From positions 2,192 to 66,191 of the forward strand of contig JBJHBH010000009.1 of the NCBI GenBank assembly GCA_050485365.1: a stretch of 64,000 nucleotides of DNA, written 5' to 3'. The notes beneath the pieces were generated by a model, which had not been told where the DNA came from, made no database searches, and was given only the letters and a program-made list of their open reading frames with translations. The translations under genes and the position numbers were made by a program. This DNA is from Desulfuromonadales bacterium (lineage in GTDB: Bacteria > Desulfobacterota > Desulfuromonadia > Desulfuromonadales > JACZKF01). Position 1 is the first letter of the stretch. Each line of letters starts with the position of its first letter. Below are positions 28,489 through 37,000 of the stretch, in pieces.

Positions 28489-29646
28489 ATGTCGCTTTCA
28501 GATCTCTGGGCGTGGTGCAAAAGGCACCTTCTGCTGGTTACGTTTCTTGCCGTCGGCCTCATTTTCGTCTTCGCCGTCGTCAACGTGCAGATCCTTCACA
28601 TGACCTCGGAACCGGAGTTCTGCGCCATGTGCCACCCGAACCAGGGGTACGGTCCGCTCGCCGAGGTCGACTCGTGGGCCCACTCGACCCACGCGGCCGC
28701 CGGCGTCTCGTGTCTCGACTGCCACGGCCGCCCCGGTCTGGTCGGCTACATGAAGGCCAAGATCGGCGGCCTCTACGACGTCTACATGCAGTTCGCCCTT
28801 TCGCCGGAGGAAAAACTCGCCATCCTGGCGAACCCCTCCCCCGACCTCGTTCCGGAAGACCACTGCCTGTACTGTCACTCCGATGAGCAGAATCTCGCCA
28901 CCCGTCAGGCGACCCGCTTCATGGACATCGTGAACATGCGCATGCTCGACGGCGTCCAGAATCCGGAATTTCGCGAGCGCAAGGGGATTCCCGACATCCT
29001 GGCGGGCCCGACCCGCGAAAACTCGCGCTTCGACCACGTCTTCCACATGGACGCCTTCAACCTGTCGTGCAACGACTGTCACTTCGGCGTCGTGCACAAC
29101 CCCCAGAGCAAGACCGACCTGATGAACATGTGCATCGCCTGCCATCAGGGCTACGAAGGCTCGTCGGCTCCCCTTCTGGCCGATTGCGCCGGTTGCCACT
29201 CGGTGCAGAACGACATGTACCTGGGCCAGGGCGCCCGCAGCGTGCCGGAAGAGGAAGGACTCAAGTCCATGTTCGGCATCAGCTGCGAGATGTGCCACTC
29301 CTCGGTCTTCCAGGGCATCTACCGCCCCTCGGCGAGCACCTGCATCGATTGCCATGACGCCGGCTACAACGAGATTCTGGTCATGTGGCAGCAAGATACC
29401 AAAGAGCAGGTTGCCAAACTCGACCGCCTGCGCCTGACCGTCGAAGACGCCCTGCGCGACGGCGATGCCCGCGGCCGGGACAACACGGCGCGCTGGGAAA
29501 CTTTCCAGAAAGCGGTCTTCAATCTCAAGCTCGTGAAGAAGGACGGTGCCAAAGGGGCGCACAACGCCGACTATGCCCACTCCATCCTCACTTCGGTCGA
29601 AGAGGATTTCAATGCCATCCTCACCGACATTCGCATCACCTGGTAA
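28489..29646 (+). CDS. NapC/NirT-type membrane-anchored octaheme cytochrome c
   Basis: N-terminal TM, TSEPEFCAMCH; eight CxxCH motifs (CAMCH, CLDCH, CLYCH, CNDCH, CIACH, CAGCH, CEMCH, CIDCH); C-terminal helical KDGAKGAHN segment. Confidence 0.88.
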   Translation: MSLSDLWAWCKRHLLLVTFLAVGLIFVFAVVNVQILHMTSEPEFCAMCHPNQGYGPLAEVDSWAHSTHAAAGVSCLDCHGRPGLVGYMKAKIGGLYDVYMQFALSPEEKLAILANPSPDLVPEDHCLYCHSDEQNLATRQATRFMDIVNMRMLDGVQNPEFRERKGIPDILAGPTRENSRFDHVFHMDAFNLSCNDCHFGVVHNPQSKTDLMNMCIACHQGYEGSSAPLLADCAGCHSVQNDMYLGQGARSVPEEEGLKSMFGISCEMCHSSVFQGIYRPSASTCIDCHDAGYNEILVMWQQDTKEQVAKLDRLRLTVEDALRDGDARGRDNTARWETFQKAVFNLKLVKKDGAKGAHNADYAHSILTSVEEDFNAILTDIRITW

Positions 29647-29667
29647 CGACGCAACTCCCGTTGTCCC

Positions 29668-29698
29668 AAAAGGCGCCCTTGATGGGCGCCTTTTTTTT
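29668..29698. terminator. Bidirectional intrinsic terminator between the cytochrome gene and the peptide array
   Basis: AAAAGGCGCCC-TTGAT-GGGCGCCTTTTTTTT. Confidence 0.85.
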
Positions 29699-29741
29699 CG
29701 CCCGGAATCCGCCGCGACCTCAGCGCCTCGAAGCATCGGTC

Positions 29742-29876
29742 TCAACCGACCGTGGAGGCGAGAAAGGCAAGGGCAGGGGGGGAGATGACGACGGCCGCGA
29801 TTGCGGACATGGCCCCCGCGAGGACCAGCACTGCGATGACGAAACTCGCTTTCATTCTCCCAGGGATGGTTTCCAT
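29742..29876 (-). CDS. Small hydrophobic peptide, array copy 4 (44 aa)
   Basis: METIPGRMKASFVIAVLVLAGAMSAIAAVVISPPALAFLASTVG*; RBS GGAGGAG; paralog of copies 1-3. Confidence 0.75.
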   Translation of the reverse strand: METIPGRMKASFVIAVLVLAGAMSAIAAVVISPPALAFLASTVG

Positions 29877-29950
29877 CTTCTCCTCCGCTCCTTTATCCTT
29901 CCTTACGTCCATTGGTCATTTCGCCGAAAGCCGATGTCTTTCGCGCCGGA

Positions 29951-30094
29951 TCAGCCGATCCTCGATGCGAGGTAGGCCAGAGCCGGGTAGGAGATCAGCA
30001 CCGCCGAGACCGCCGATACGACGCCGGTCACAACCAGCACACTCGTCAGATAACTCGCCTTCACCTTTTCACGGAAGCTGACCACGTTTTCCAT
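29951..30094 (-). CDS. Small hydrophobic peptide, array copy 3 (47 aa)
   Basis: MENVVSFREKVKASYLTSVLVVTGVVSAVSAVLISYPALAYLASRIG*; RBS GGAGG. Confidence 0.8.
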   Translation of the reverse strand: MENVVSFREKVKASYLTSVLVVTGVVSAVSAVLISYPALAYLASRIG

Positions 30095-30156
30095 AATTCC
30101 CTCCATCGCGCTGTCCGGATCACCGGAGTTATTCTGGATGACGCCTGCCTGGATTC

Positions 30157-30300
30157 TCAGCCGATCCTCGATGCGAGGTAGGCCAAGGCCGGGTAGGAGA
30201 TCAGCACCGCCGAGACCGCCGACACGATACCGGTCGCAACCAGCACACTCGCCAGATAACTCGCCTTCACCTTTTCACGGAAGCTGACCACGTTTTCCAT
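30157..30300 (-). CDS. Small hydrophobic peptide, array copy 2 (47 aa)
   Basis: MENVVSFREKVKASYLASVLVATGIVSAVSAVLISYPALAYLASRIG*; RBS GGAGG; it is the tail of track ORF 30157..30675. Confidence 0.8.
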   Translation of the reverse strand: MENVVSFREKVKASYLASVLVATGIVSAVSAVLISYPALAYLASRIG

Positions 30301-30362
30301 AATTTCCTCCATTGCGCTGTCCGGATCACCGGAGCTATTGGGGATGACGTCCGCCGGGAGTC

Positions 30363-30509
30363 TCAGCCGACCTTGGAAGCGAGGAAGGCCAGGGCGGGAT
30401 AGGCGATCAGGACCGCCGTCACCATCGACATGAACCCCGTCACGACCAGCAAACCAACCAGATAACCCGATTTCGCCTTTTGTCCGATTTTGTTGATGGT
30501 TGTTTCCAT
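30363..30509 (-). CDS. Small hydrophobic peptide, array copy 1 (48 aa)
   Basis: METTINKIGQKAKSGYLVGLLVVTGFMSMVTAVLIAYPALAFLASKVG*; RBS AAGGAGGT. Confidence 0.8.
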   Translation of the reverse strand: METTINKIGQKAKSGYLVGLLVVTGFMSMVTAVLIAYPALAFLASKVG

Positions 30510-30612
30510 GGCCTACCTCCTTTGATTTGGGTCCCCCGTGGGGACCGCTGCCGGATCTATGAGGTGATGGAGTCTGTCTCCATCGATCGTCCTTGCTCTT
30601 GTCTTCGTATAT

Positions 30613-30628
30613 AGCAACGGCCGTGCCA
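30613..30628 (-). promoter_or_regulatory. sigma54 (-24/-12) promoter driving the peptide array
   Basis: Minus strand TGGCACGGCCGTTGCT is an exact match to the TGGCACG-N4-TTGCW consensus, about 100 bp upstream of the copy 1 start. Confidence 0.85.
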
Positions 30629-30779
30629 CATTTAAAACATGTTGGTTTACGGCAACTTACAGTGTCGTCTCGCACAAAGCGGCCGCTCGCAACGAAAAAT
30701 GTTCAATTCCCGGCGGGTCGAAATGGGAGCCTTCGGGCGTCTGGGAGCTCTCCTTCCGGAGCGGGACTCAATGCCGGGG

Positions 30780-30808
30780 TTTGCATCGCCTCACTCAGGC
30801 GTTGCAAA
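30780..30808. promoter_or_regulatory. Palindrome, candidate enhancer (UAS)
   Basis: TTTGCATCGCCT-CACTC-AGGCGTTGCAAA (one mismatch), about 150-180 bp upstream of the sigma54 promoter. Confidence 0.5.
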
Positions 30809-31218
30809 GGGCCGTTTTATGCCGTGGGTTGCGATCGAGGCGGGAGTGTTGCATCGTGGCGTTACGCAGAGGGCCACGCCCCGAAGGTGTTCAGAATCCG
30901 GCATCCCGGGCAAAAGACCCGTCGGCACGCCTTTGCACAAATGCTTGAATTCTCGTCATTATCTATTGTTCAAAATCCGACGCCAGCGATTCGGCGACCA
31001 TTTCAGAGCAACTGTTGCGCAGTGTTGCATGCAGCACGTCCCGTGCATCGAGCGGCGCAGCCCAAGCCATGACAACGTGGCCAAAGACAGGAGGGGTCCG
31101 AAACGGGGGGACGGCGGGGCGGGGTAAATCTTCGCTCCCTTTCAGCGGATCCCTTGCACCCCGGCGACCTTGTGGTTTAATAAGTAGTCAGTGGATACTT
31201 GAACCCAAGGAGGGCAAG

Positions 31219-31563
31219 ATGGCAAACGACAACAGAACGACTGCAGGCGCCCTTATGCTTCTGGCCGGCGGAATCATCGGCGCGGGTCTGGCTCTTATGT
31301 ACGCTCCGCAGTCCGGCGTGAAGACCCGCCGCCAGCTCTCGCGCTGCGCCCGCAGGGCGCGCAACGACGCGGAGGCGATGATCCACGAAGCGGCCGAAAC
31401 CGTTTCCGACGCGGTGGAGGATCTGGGCGAAAAGACCGCCGATTTGATCGATCGCGGAGGCGATGTGGCCGAAGACTGGCGCCATTACCTGCTGAACTCC
31501 ATCGAGCGGGGGCAAAAAGAGCTCGAGCGGCAGCGCAAAAAGCTCAATCAGCTCTGGGGATAA
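31219..31563 (+). CDS. YtxH-domain protein
   Basis: GGIIGAGLALMYAPQSGVKTRRQL motif followed by an amphipathic helix; RBS AGGAGG. Confidence 0.85.
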   Translation: MANDNRTTAGALMLLAGGIIGAGLALMYAPQSGVKTRRQLSRCARRARNDAEAMIHEAAETVSDAVEDLGEKTADLIDRGGDVAEDWRHYLLNSIERGQKELERQRKKLNQLWG

Positions 31564-31589
31564 CCCCAAGCGGCAGACGTGACGCGTTC

Positions 31590-31635
31590 GACGACGAGGC
31601 CGGCACCCTAAAAGGTGCCGGCCTCGTCGTTTTTT
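31590..31635. terminator. Intrinsic terminator
   Basis: GACGACGAGGCCGGCACC...GGTGCCGGCCTCGTCGTTTTTT. Confidence 0.8.
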
Positions 31636-31640
31636 CCCCC

Positions 31641-32360
31641 TCAGCCGAGCCTGACGGTGGCGACGATCGGCAGATGATCGGAAGCGATCATCGTCGCCCG
31701 GCTCTTGACGACGCCGATCTCGACCAGACTCTCCTTGGGCTGCACCAGGATGCGATCGAGGGAGAGCAGGGGGAAGAAGGCCGGAAAGGTGCGCGGCGCC
31801 GGGGTGCGCCCGAAGTGCCGATGGAGCCAGCGGGCGGGGCGCCCCAGCAGAAACCATTCGTTCAGATCCCCCAGGACGATGACGGAGGCCTCGAGGGGCG
31901 ACAGCTCGATGATCTTGAGCAGCTTCTGCACCTGATAGCGGCGCTCGGCGGGCTGCAGCCCGAGGTGGGTGACGATGACCCGACAGGGCCCCGCCGAGGT
32001 TTCGAGCTCGACGTCGAGGGCGCCCCGCGATTCCCGGTGGGGGTACGACAGGTCGTGCCTGCGTACGTCGAGGATGCGGCAGCGGGTCAGCAGCGCGTTG
32101 CCGTAGTAGCCGTCGTGGCGCTCGAGGGTCGGACCCCCGATGGCCCGCATTCCCGTGGCACCGCATAAAAAGTCGATCTGCATGCTCGTTCGGTCCTCGC
32201 CGTAGGGGGCGTTCACCTCCTGCAGCCCCACGATGTCGGCCTGCAGATCGCGGATGATCTCTGCGATGCGCGCTACGTCGAGCCGCCCGTCCATCCCCAC
32301 ACCCGAGTGGATGTTGTAGGAGGCGACCCGGCAGCATCCGCTCTCATTGTCCTTCGACAT
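31641..32360 (-). CDS. Endonuclease/exonuclease/phosphatase family protein
   Basis: VASYNIH, DIVGLQEV, GNALLT, THLGL, LGDLNEW, LDRI and ASDHLP motifs. Confidence 0.92.
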   Translation of the reverse strand: MSKDNESGCCRVASYNIHSGVGMDGRLDVARIAEIIRDLQADIVGLQEVNAPYGEDRTSMQIDFLCGATGMRAIGGPTLERHDGYYGNALLTRCRILDVRRHDLSYPHRESRGALDVELETSAGPCRVIVTHLGLQPAERRYQVQKLLKIIELSPLEASVIVLGDLNEWFLLGRPARWLHRHFGRTPAPRTFPAFFPLLSLDRILVQPKESLVEIGVVKSRATMIASDHLPIVATVRLG

Positions 32361-32369
32361 CCCCTCGTC

Positions 32370-34490
32370 TCACTCTCCCCCCTTTTTGTTCGCGATCCAG
32401 CGCTTCACGTACCACACGCCCCCCCCGATGGCCGCCAGAACGAGGAGCAGCGTGACGATGTTCCCGGCGCTCGGGTCGGTGAGCGCCTTTCTGAGGCGGC
32501 TCTCGAAAACGGTGATGGCCAGGATCCCCGGCCCCATGCCGAGCATCGTCCCCAGAAAGTAATCCCTGAAGCGGATATGGCTGGCGCCGGCCACCAGATT
32601 CACGATGGTGAAGGGCGCGATGGGCAACAGGCGCACCAGCAGTACGGCGATCACCCCCCTTTTCGCCAACTGCCGGCTCAAGGTGTTGAGGCGCGAGCCG
32701 GCCAACCGACGCACCGTGTCGCGGCCGAGAAAGTGCCCCCCGGCGTAGGAGAGGGCGGCGCTGGCCAGCACCCCGGCGAGGGCGTAGAAAAAGCTCTGCA
32801 GGGGAGCGAAGCTCAGGGCGGTGGCGAAGATCAGAAGCGTCACCGGGAACAGGACGATCCCCCCGGCGACGAAGAGGGCCGTGACGAAGAGCGGCGCCCA
32901 GGGGCTTCCGCGCACCGCCGCCCCCCACGTCCGCAGCAGGTCGAGATCGATCCACTCGCCAAGGGGTGTCCAGCGCCAGGCCGCCGAAAGGGCGAGCATT
33001 GCCGCGAGGACCCCGCCCAGGATCAGCCAGCGCCCCTTCCCTTCGCTCTTCTCGGGCGACTCCCGGGCGATGATCTCCTCGACGAACTCCTCGAAGGGCA
33101 TGGGGCGCTCCGGGTCGAGTACATGCGCCTCGGGGACGATCTGATCGAACCACTCGTCCTCTTTCGGATCGAGCGGAGCCAGAGAGCGCCCGGGGCCGCG
33201 CAGCGATTCGATGAGCTCGATCAGCGAACCCCCCTCGGCCGAGCGCCGATGCAACTCGTCAGAGGCTACCCCAAGGTGCTCGGCAAGCAGTCGGCAACGA
33301 AAGGCCCGGATGGCCCGGCGCGTCGCGTCCCCGTCCGCCTCGATCGCCAGATCGCACTCGGTGTCGAGCCCCATCGAGCGGTTGCTGAGGTTGGCCGATC
33401 CGATGCGCACCAGCCGATCGTCGACGATCATCACCTTGCTGTGCAGATTGACCGAGCGCTCTTCCTCCCCTTCGAGGCGAGGATAGTAGATGCGCAGCTT
33501 TCCGAAGCGGTCGGCCCCGATCAACTGCCGCATGGCGCGGGCGCGCAGCACTCCCATAGTCGACTCCTCGAGCCACCCCGAGCACTCCTTGGGGAAGACG
33601 AGCACGATCTCGGGACCCGCTTCCTCGCCGAGCCGCGCGCCGAGGGCGTCGACGACGACGGCGGAGGTGAAGAACTGGTTTTCGATATAGATGAACGAGC
33701 GGGCCGCGGCTATAGCGTCGAGATAGAGGGTCTGGACCTCGCGCACCTCGGCCTGCCCGTTGAAGGGAGGGGCGGTGCGCACGATCGCCACCGGCGCCTC
33801 CACGACGTCGGGCGCGAGCGCTGGGGGCCACGGATCGTTCGCGCCGGAGGCCGGGGGGGTGAGGACTTCACCTGTGCGGCGCTTCCAGCGGTTTCGGGCC
33901 AGATCGCCCAGCGCCGCTGCGGCGTCGCCGTCGACCATGATCTGGATGTCGTGAAAAGGGGAGTAGGTGCGCCCATAGTCGCTGCGCCGCGGATCGTCGG
34001 CGAGGTGCGCCGGGGTGTCCCACCGGCATCCAGCCAGGTCGAATCCGCCGACGAAGGCGACCTTGTCGTCGACGACGACGATCTTCTGGTGGTGCGCCCC
34101 CCCGACGGGGTGGCGATCGTCGAGGCGAAAGTGAAGGCGCCGGTGCGTGTTCCAGGCGAACTTGAAGAAGGGAAGGGGCTCACGCTCCAGGGCGTAGAGC
34201 ATGACGAAGTCCCAGTCGAGCACATAGATGTGCAGCTCCGGGCGACGCGCCGCCAGGCGGTTCAGAAACTCCCGCAGCGCAGGGAAGGGGTAGTCCTTGC
34301 GCTCGCTGCGGCGCAGCCGGATGCGGCTGTCGATATCCCACCCGAGAATGAAGATGGAGCGGGTCGCCCGCCCCATCGCCGAAGCGACGGCCGAAAAGTA
34401 GGCCTCGCCGTCGACAAGGAAGGCGGCCCGCCGGCAGGGGGCGATGCGCCAGCAGTTGCGCCCCGGCTGGAGTATCTGTTTATCCTCCAT
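32370..34490 (-). CDS. Phospholipase D family protein fused to a VTT/SNARE-associated membrane domain
   Basis: Start MEDKQILQPGRNCW at 34490; two HKD motifs (HHQKIVVVDD, LHSKVMIVDD); C-terminal VTT segment (RLLPIAPFTIVNLVAG). Confidence 0.88.
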   Translation of the reverse strand: MEDKQILQPGRNCWRIAPCRRAAFLVDGEAYFSAVASAMGRATRSIFILGWDIDSRIRLRRSERKDYPFPALREFLNRLAARRPELHIYVLDWDFVMLYALEREPLPFFKFAWNTHRRLHFRLDDRHPVGGAHHQKIVVVDDKVAFVGGFDLAGCRWDTPAHLADDPRRSDYGRTYSPFHDIQIMVDGDAAAALGDLARNRWKRRTGEVLTPPASGANDPWPPALAPDVVEAPVAIVRTAPPFNGQAEVREVQTLYLDAIAAARSFIYIENQFFTSAVVVDALGARLGEEAGPEIVLVFPKECSGWLEESTMGVLRARAMRQLIGADRFGKLRIYYPRLEGEEERSVNLHSKVMIVDDRLVRIGSANLSNRSMGLDTECDLAIEADGDATRRAIRAFRCRLLAEHLGVASDELHRRSAEGGSLIELIESLRGPGRSLAPLDPKEDEWFDQIVPEAHVLDPERPMPFEEFVEEIIARESPEKSEGKGRWLILGGVLAAMLALSAAWRWTPLGEWIDLDLLRTWGAAVRGSPWAPLFVTALFVAGGIVLFPVTLLIFATALSFAPLQSFFYALAGVLASAALSYAGGHFLGRDTVRRLAGSRLNTLSRQLAKRGVIAVLLVRLLPIAPFTIVNLVAGASHIRFRDYFLGTMLGMGPGILAITVFESRLRKALTDPSAGNIVTLLLVLAAIGGGVWYVKRWIANKKGGE

Positions 34491-34686
34491 GGCGCTCCCG
34501 ATCCTCGAGCTTTGTCCCGGAAGAAGGCATCGAATTCCGGCGCTGCGGCCCCCCTCGCCGGGGGGGCACGCTTTCCAGTATAGCAAGTCGCTTCGAAGCG
34601 GCATCGCGCCGCCGATCCGTGGCGCTGCGCCCCCGGCGGGTGTATCTTCACTAGAGGAGCCACCACATTTTCCGAGGAGGCCGCCC

Positions 34687-35280
34687 GTGTTCGAAGCGCC
34701 GTTTCTCACCTCACCGTTCTTCTCCCTCGTCGTCATCCCCTTTCTCATCTTCATCTCGCGCATCGTCGATGTGACCTTCGGCACGCTGCGCATCATCTTC
34801 GTCTCGCGGGGGCTGCCGTATCTGGCGGCGCTGGTGGGATTTTTCGAAGTGCTGATCTGGATCGTCGCCATCGGTCAGGTGATGCAGAACCTCACCAACT
34901 GGGTCACCTACGTCGCCTACGCCTTCGGCTTCTCGGCGGGCAACTTCGTCGGGGTCGTCATCGAGCGCAGGCTCGCCATGGGCAGCCTCATCGTTCGGAT
35001 CATCACCCGCAGGGAGGCCGATGAGCTGGTAAAATTTCTATGGCGCTCGGGGTACGGCGTCACGAGCGTCGATGCGCGCGGAGAGACCGGCCCGGTCAAG
35101 GTCATCTTCACCATCGTCAAGCGCAAGAAGCTCCCCGAGGTGATCGAGATCATCAAGCGCTACAACCCCAACGCCTTCTATTCCATCGAGGACGTGCGCT
35201 TCGTGAACGAGACTCTGTGGGCCGCTCCCATGGGGAGGCGCGCCCTCTTTTCCCTGCGTTCGTTGCGAAAACGCAAGTGA
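34687..35280 (+). CDS. DUF2179/UPF0316 membrane protein
   Basis: GTG start after GAGGAGG; RIVDVTFGTLRI, GFFEVLIW, YAFGFSAGNFVG and YNPNAFYSIEDVR motifs. Confidence 0.85.
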   Translation: MFEAPFLTSPFFSLVVIPFLIFISRIVDVTFGTLRIIFVSRGLPYLAALVGFFEVLIWIVAIGQVMQNLTNWVTYVAYAFGFSAGNFVGVVIERRLAMGSLIVRIITRREADELVKFLWRSGYGVTSVDARGETGPVKVIFTIVKRKKLPEVIEIIKRYNPNAFYSIEDVRFVNETLWAAPMGRRALFSLRSLRKRK

Positions 35281-35291
35281 GCCGAAGAGCC

Positions 35292-36203
35292 GTGGACGAG
35301 GTCATCATCGCCGACAACCTGCGAAAGGAGTACGGCTCCTTTGCCGCCGTGGACGGCATCTCGTTTCGCGTTCGCCGCGGCGAGTGCTTCGGGCTGCTCG
35401 GCCCCAACGGGGCGGGCAAGACCACCACCATCCGCATGCTCTACGGCTTCACCCCCAAGAGCGCGGGCACCCTCACCGTTCTGGGGCGCGATCTCGACAC
35501 GGAACTGCGGGCGATCAAGGGGCGCCTCGGCGTCTGCCAGCAGGAGAACACCCTCGACCCTGACCTCTCCATCGAGCAGAATCTGGAGGTCTTCGCCCGC
35601 TACTTCGACCTGCCGAAGAAACAGACGCGACGCAAGGTAGACGAGCTCCTCGTCTTCATCGCCCTGGAGCACCGGCGCACCGCCAAGGTCCCCGAGCTCT
35701 CGGGGGGGATGATGCGCCGCCTCATGCTCGCCCGCGCCCTCATCAACGACCCCGAGATCGTCATCCTCGACGAGCCGACCACCGGCCTCGACCCCCAGTC
35801 GCGCCACCAGGTGTGGGAGCGACTGGAAGATCTGAAGAGCCGGGGGCTCTCCATTTTGCTGACGACGCACTACATGGACGAGGCCGCCCGGCTGTGCGAT
35901 CGGCTCGTCATCATCGACCAGGGGCGCATCCTCGTCGAGGGGGAGCCCCGCGACCTCATCCGCCGCCATGTCGGCGAACACCTCATCGAGATCGCCGCTC
36001 CCGGCGAGGCGCTGTGCGCCTTCGTGCGGGAGCAGGGACTGGAGCACGAGAACCTCGGCTATCGCCTCATCGTCTATGCGGGGGAAAATGGGGATGGGCT
36101 CTTCGCGAAAATCCGCGGCTTCGAGGCGCAGGGGTGCTCGCTGCGTCAGGCGACGCTGGAGGATGTCTTTTTGCGACTGACGGGGAGGGAGCTTCGGGAA
36201 TGA
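35292..36203 (+). CDS. ABC-2 exporter ATP-binding protein (NodI-like)
   Basis: GPNGAGKTT, LSGGMMRR, LDEPTTGLDPQSR, TTHYMDEA. Confidence 0.9.
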   Translation: MDEVIIADNLRKEYGSFAAVDGISFRVRRGECFGLLGPNGAGKTTTIRMLYGFTPKSAGTLTVLGRDLDTELRAIKGRLGVCQQENTLDPDLSIEQNLEVFARYFDLPKKQTRRKVDELLVFIALEHRRTAKVPELSGGMMRRLMLARALINDPEIVILDEPTTGLDPQSRHQVWERLEDLKSRGLSILLTTHYMDEAARLCDRLVIIDQGRILVEGEPRDLIRRHVGEHLIEIAAPGEALCAFVREQGLEHENLGYRLIVYAGENGDGLFAKIRGFEAQGCSLRQATLEDVFLRLTGRELRE

Positions 36204-36964
36204 AGGGGTCGTCAAGGGTGTGGCAGCGCAACTGGACGGTTTACCGGCAGACGTGGAAGATCAGCTTCGTCCCCCCGCTGCTCGAGCCGTTCTTCTATCT
36301 CCTCGCCTTCGGCGTCGGGCTGAGCGCCCTGGTCGGCGACATCGACTATCGGGGGGGAACGATCTCGTACGTGGCCTTCATCGCGCCGGCGCTGATCGCC
36401 ATCAACATCATGCAGAGCGCCTTTTTCGAGAACACCTACGCCTCCTTCGTGCGCATGTACTACCAGAAGACCTTCAACGCCATGCTCGCCACCCCCCTGT
36501 CGCTGAAGGAGATCATCACCGGCGAGATCGTCTGGGGGGCGACCAAGAGCCTTATCGGCACCGCCATCATGATGACGGTGATCAGCGCCTTCGGCCTCAT
36601 CCGCTTCCCCGAGGGGCTGTTGTTGCTCCCCCTGGCTCTGCTGGGCGGTCTCGCCTTCGGCGCGACGGCGATGCTCTTTACGGCCGTCGTCCCCAACATT
36701 GAGACGTTCAACTTGCCGATCTTCCTCTTCATCACCCCCATGTTCTTGTTCAGCGGCACCTTCTTCCCCCTCGACGCCCTCCCCGACTGGGCGGGTTCGG
36801 TGGCCCGATTTCTCCCCCTGACGCACCTGGTACATCTGGTGCGGGAGGTGAGCTTCGGACACGTCGGAGCGCACCTCATCGGATCGCTGGCCTACCTCGC
36901 CCTCTTCACCCTCGTCGCCTATCTGGCGGCGCTACGGGGGATGGCGCGGCGGCTGATCAAGTAG
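36200..36964 (+). CDS. ABC-2 exporter permease (NodJ-like)
   Basis: Start MKGSSRVWQRN overlapping the ATPase stop; ITPMFLFSGTFFP and LPLTH motifs; 6 TM. Confidence 0.88.
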   Translation: MKGSSRVWQRNWTVYRQTWKISFVPPLLEPFFYLLAFGVGLSALVGDIDYRGGTISYVAFIAPALIAINIMQSAFFENTYASFVRMYYQKTFNAMLATPLSLKEIITGEIVWGATKSLIGTAIMMTVISAFGLIRFPEGLLLLPLALLGGLAFGATAMLFTAVVPNIETFNLPIFLFITPMFLFSGTFFPLDALPDWAGSVARFLPLTHLVHLVREVSFGHVGAHLIGSLAYLALFTLVAYLAALRGMARRLIK

Positions 36965-37000
36965 ATCGGGGACGGTTCTGGAGAAAAGGGGATGTGTTCT

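Larger units (their letters stand above)
29951..30412. repeat. Tandem repeat with about 206-bp unit (peptide gene plus spacer)
   Basis: Stop codons at 29951, 30157 and 30363 are exactly 206 bp apart; spacers share CTCCGGTGATCCGGACAGCGC(A/G)ATGGAGG. Confidence 0.9.

Noticed and set aside
29742-30509. Peptide array as a CRISPR array or as Flp/type IV pilins
   Set aside because: The unit is about 206 bp and protein-coding, with no short repeat-spacer structure and no cas genes. The peptides lack the prepilin G|FxxxE or Flp G|xxxxEY motif.
30157-30675. 172-aa track ORF spanning the promoter region
   Set aside because: Only the last 47 codons are homologous to the other copies and have an RBS; the upstream part crosses copy 1 in another frame and the sigma54 promoter.
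30923-30937. Second sigma54-like site CGGCACGCCTTTGCA on the plus strand
   Set aside because: GG-to-GC spacing is one base short of the strictly required -24/-12 distance.
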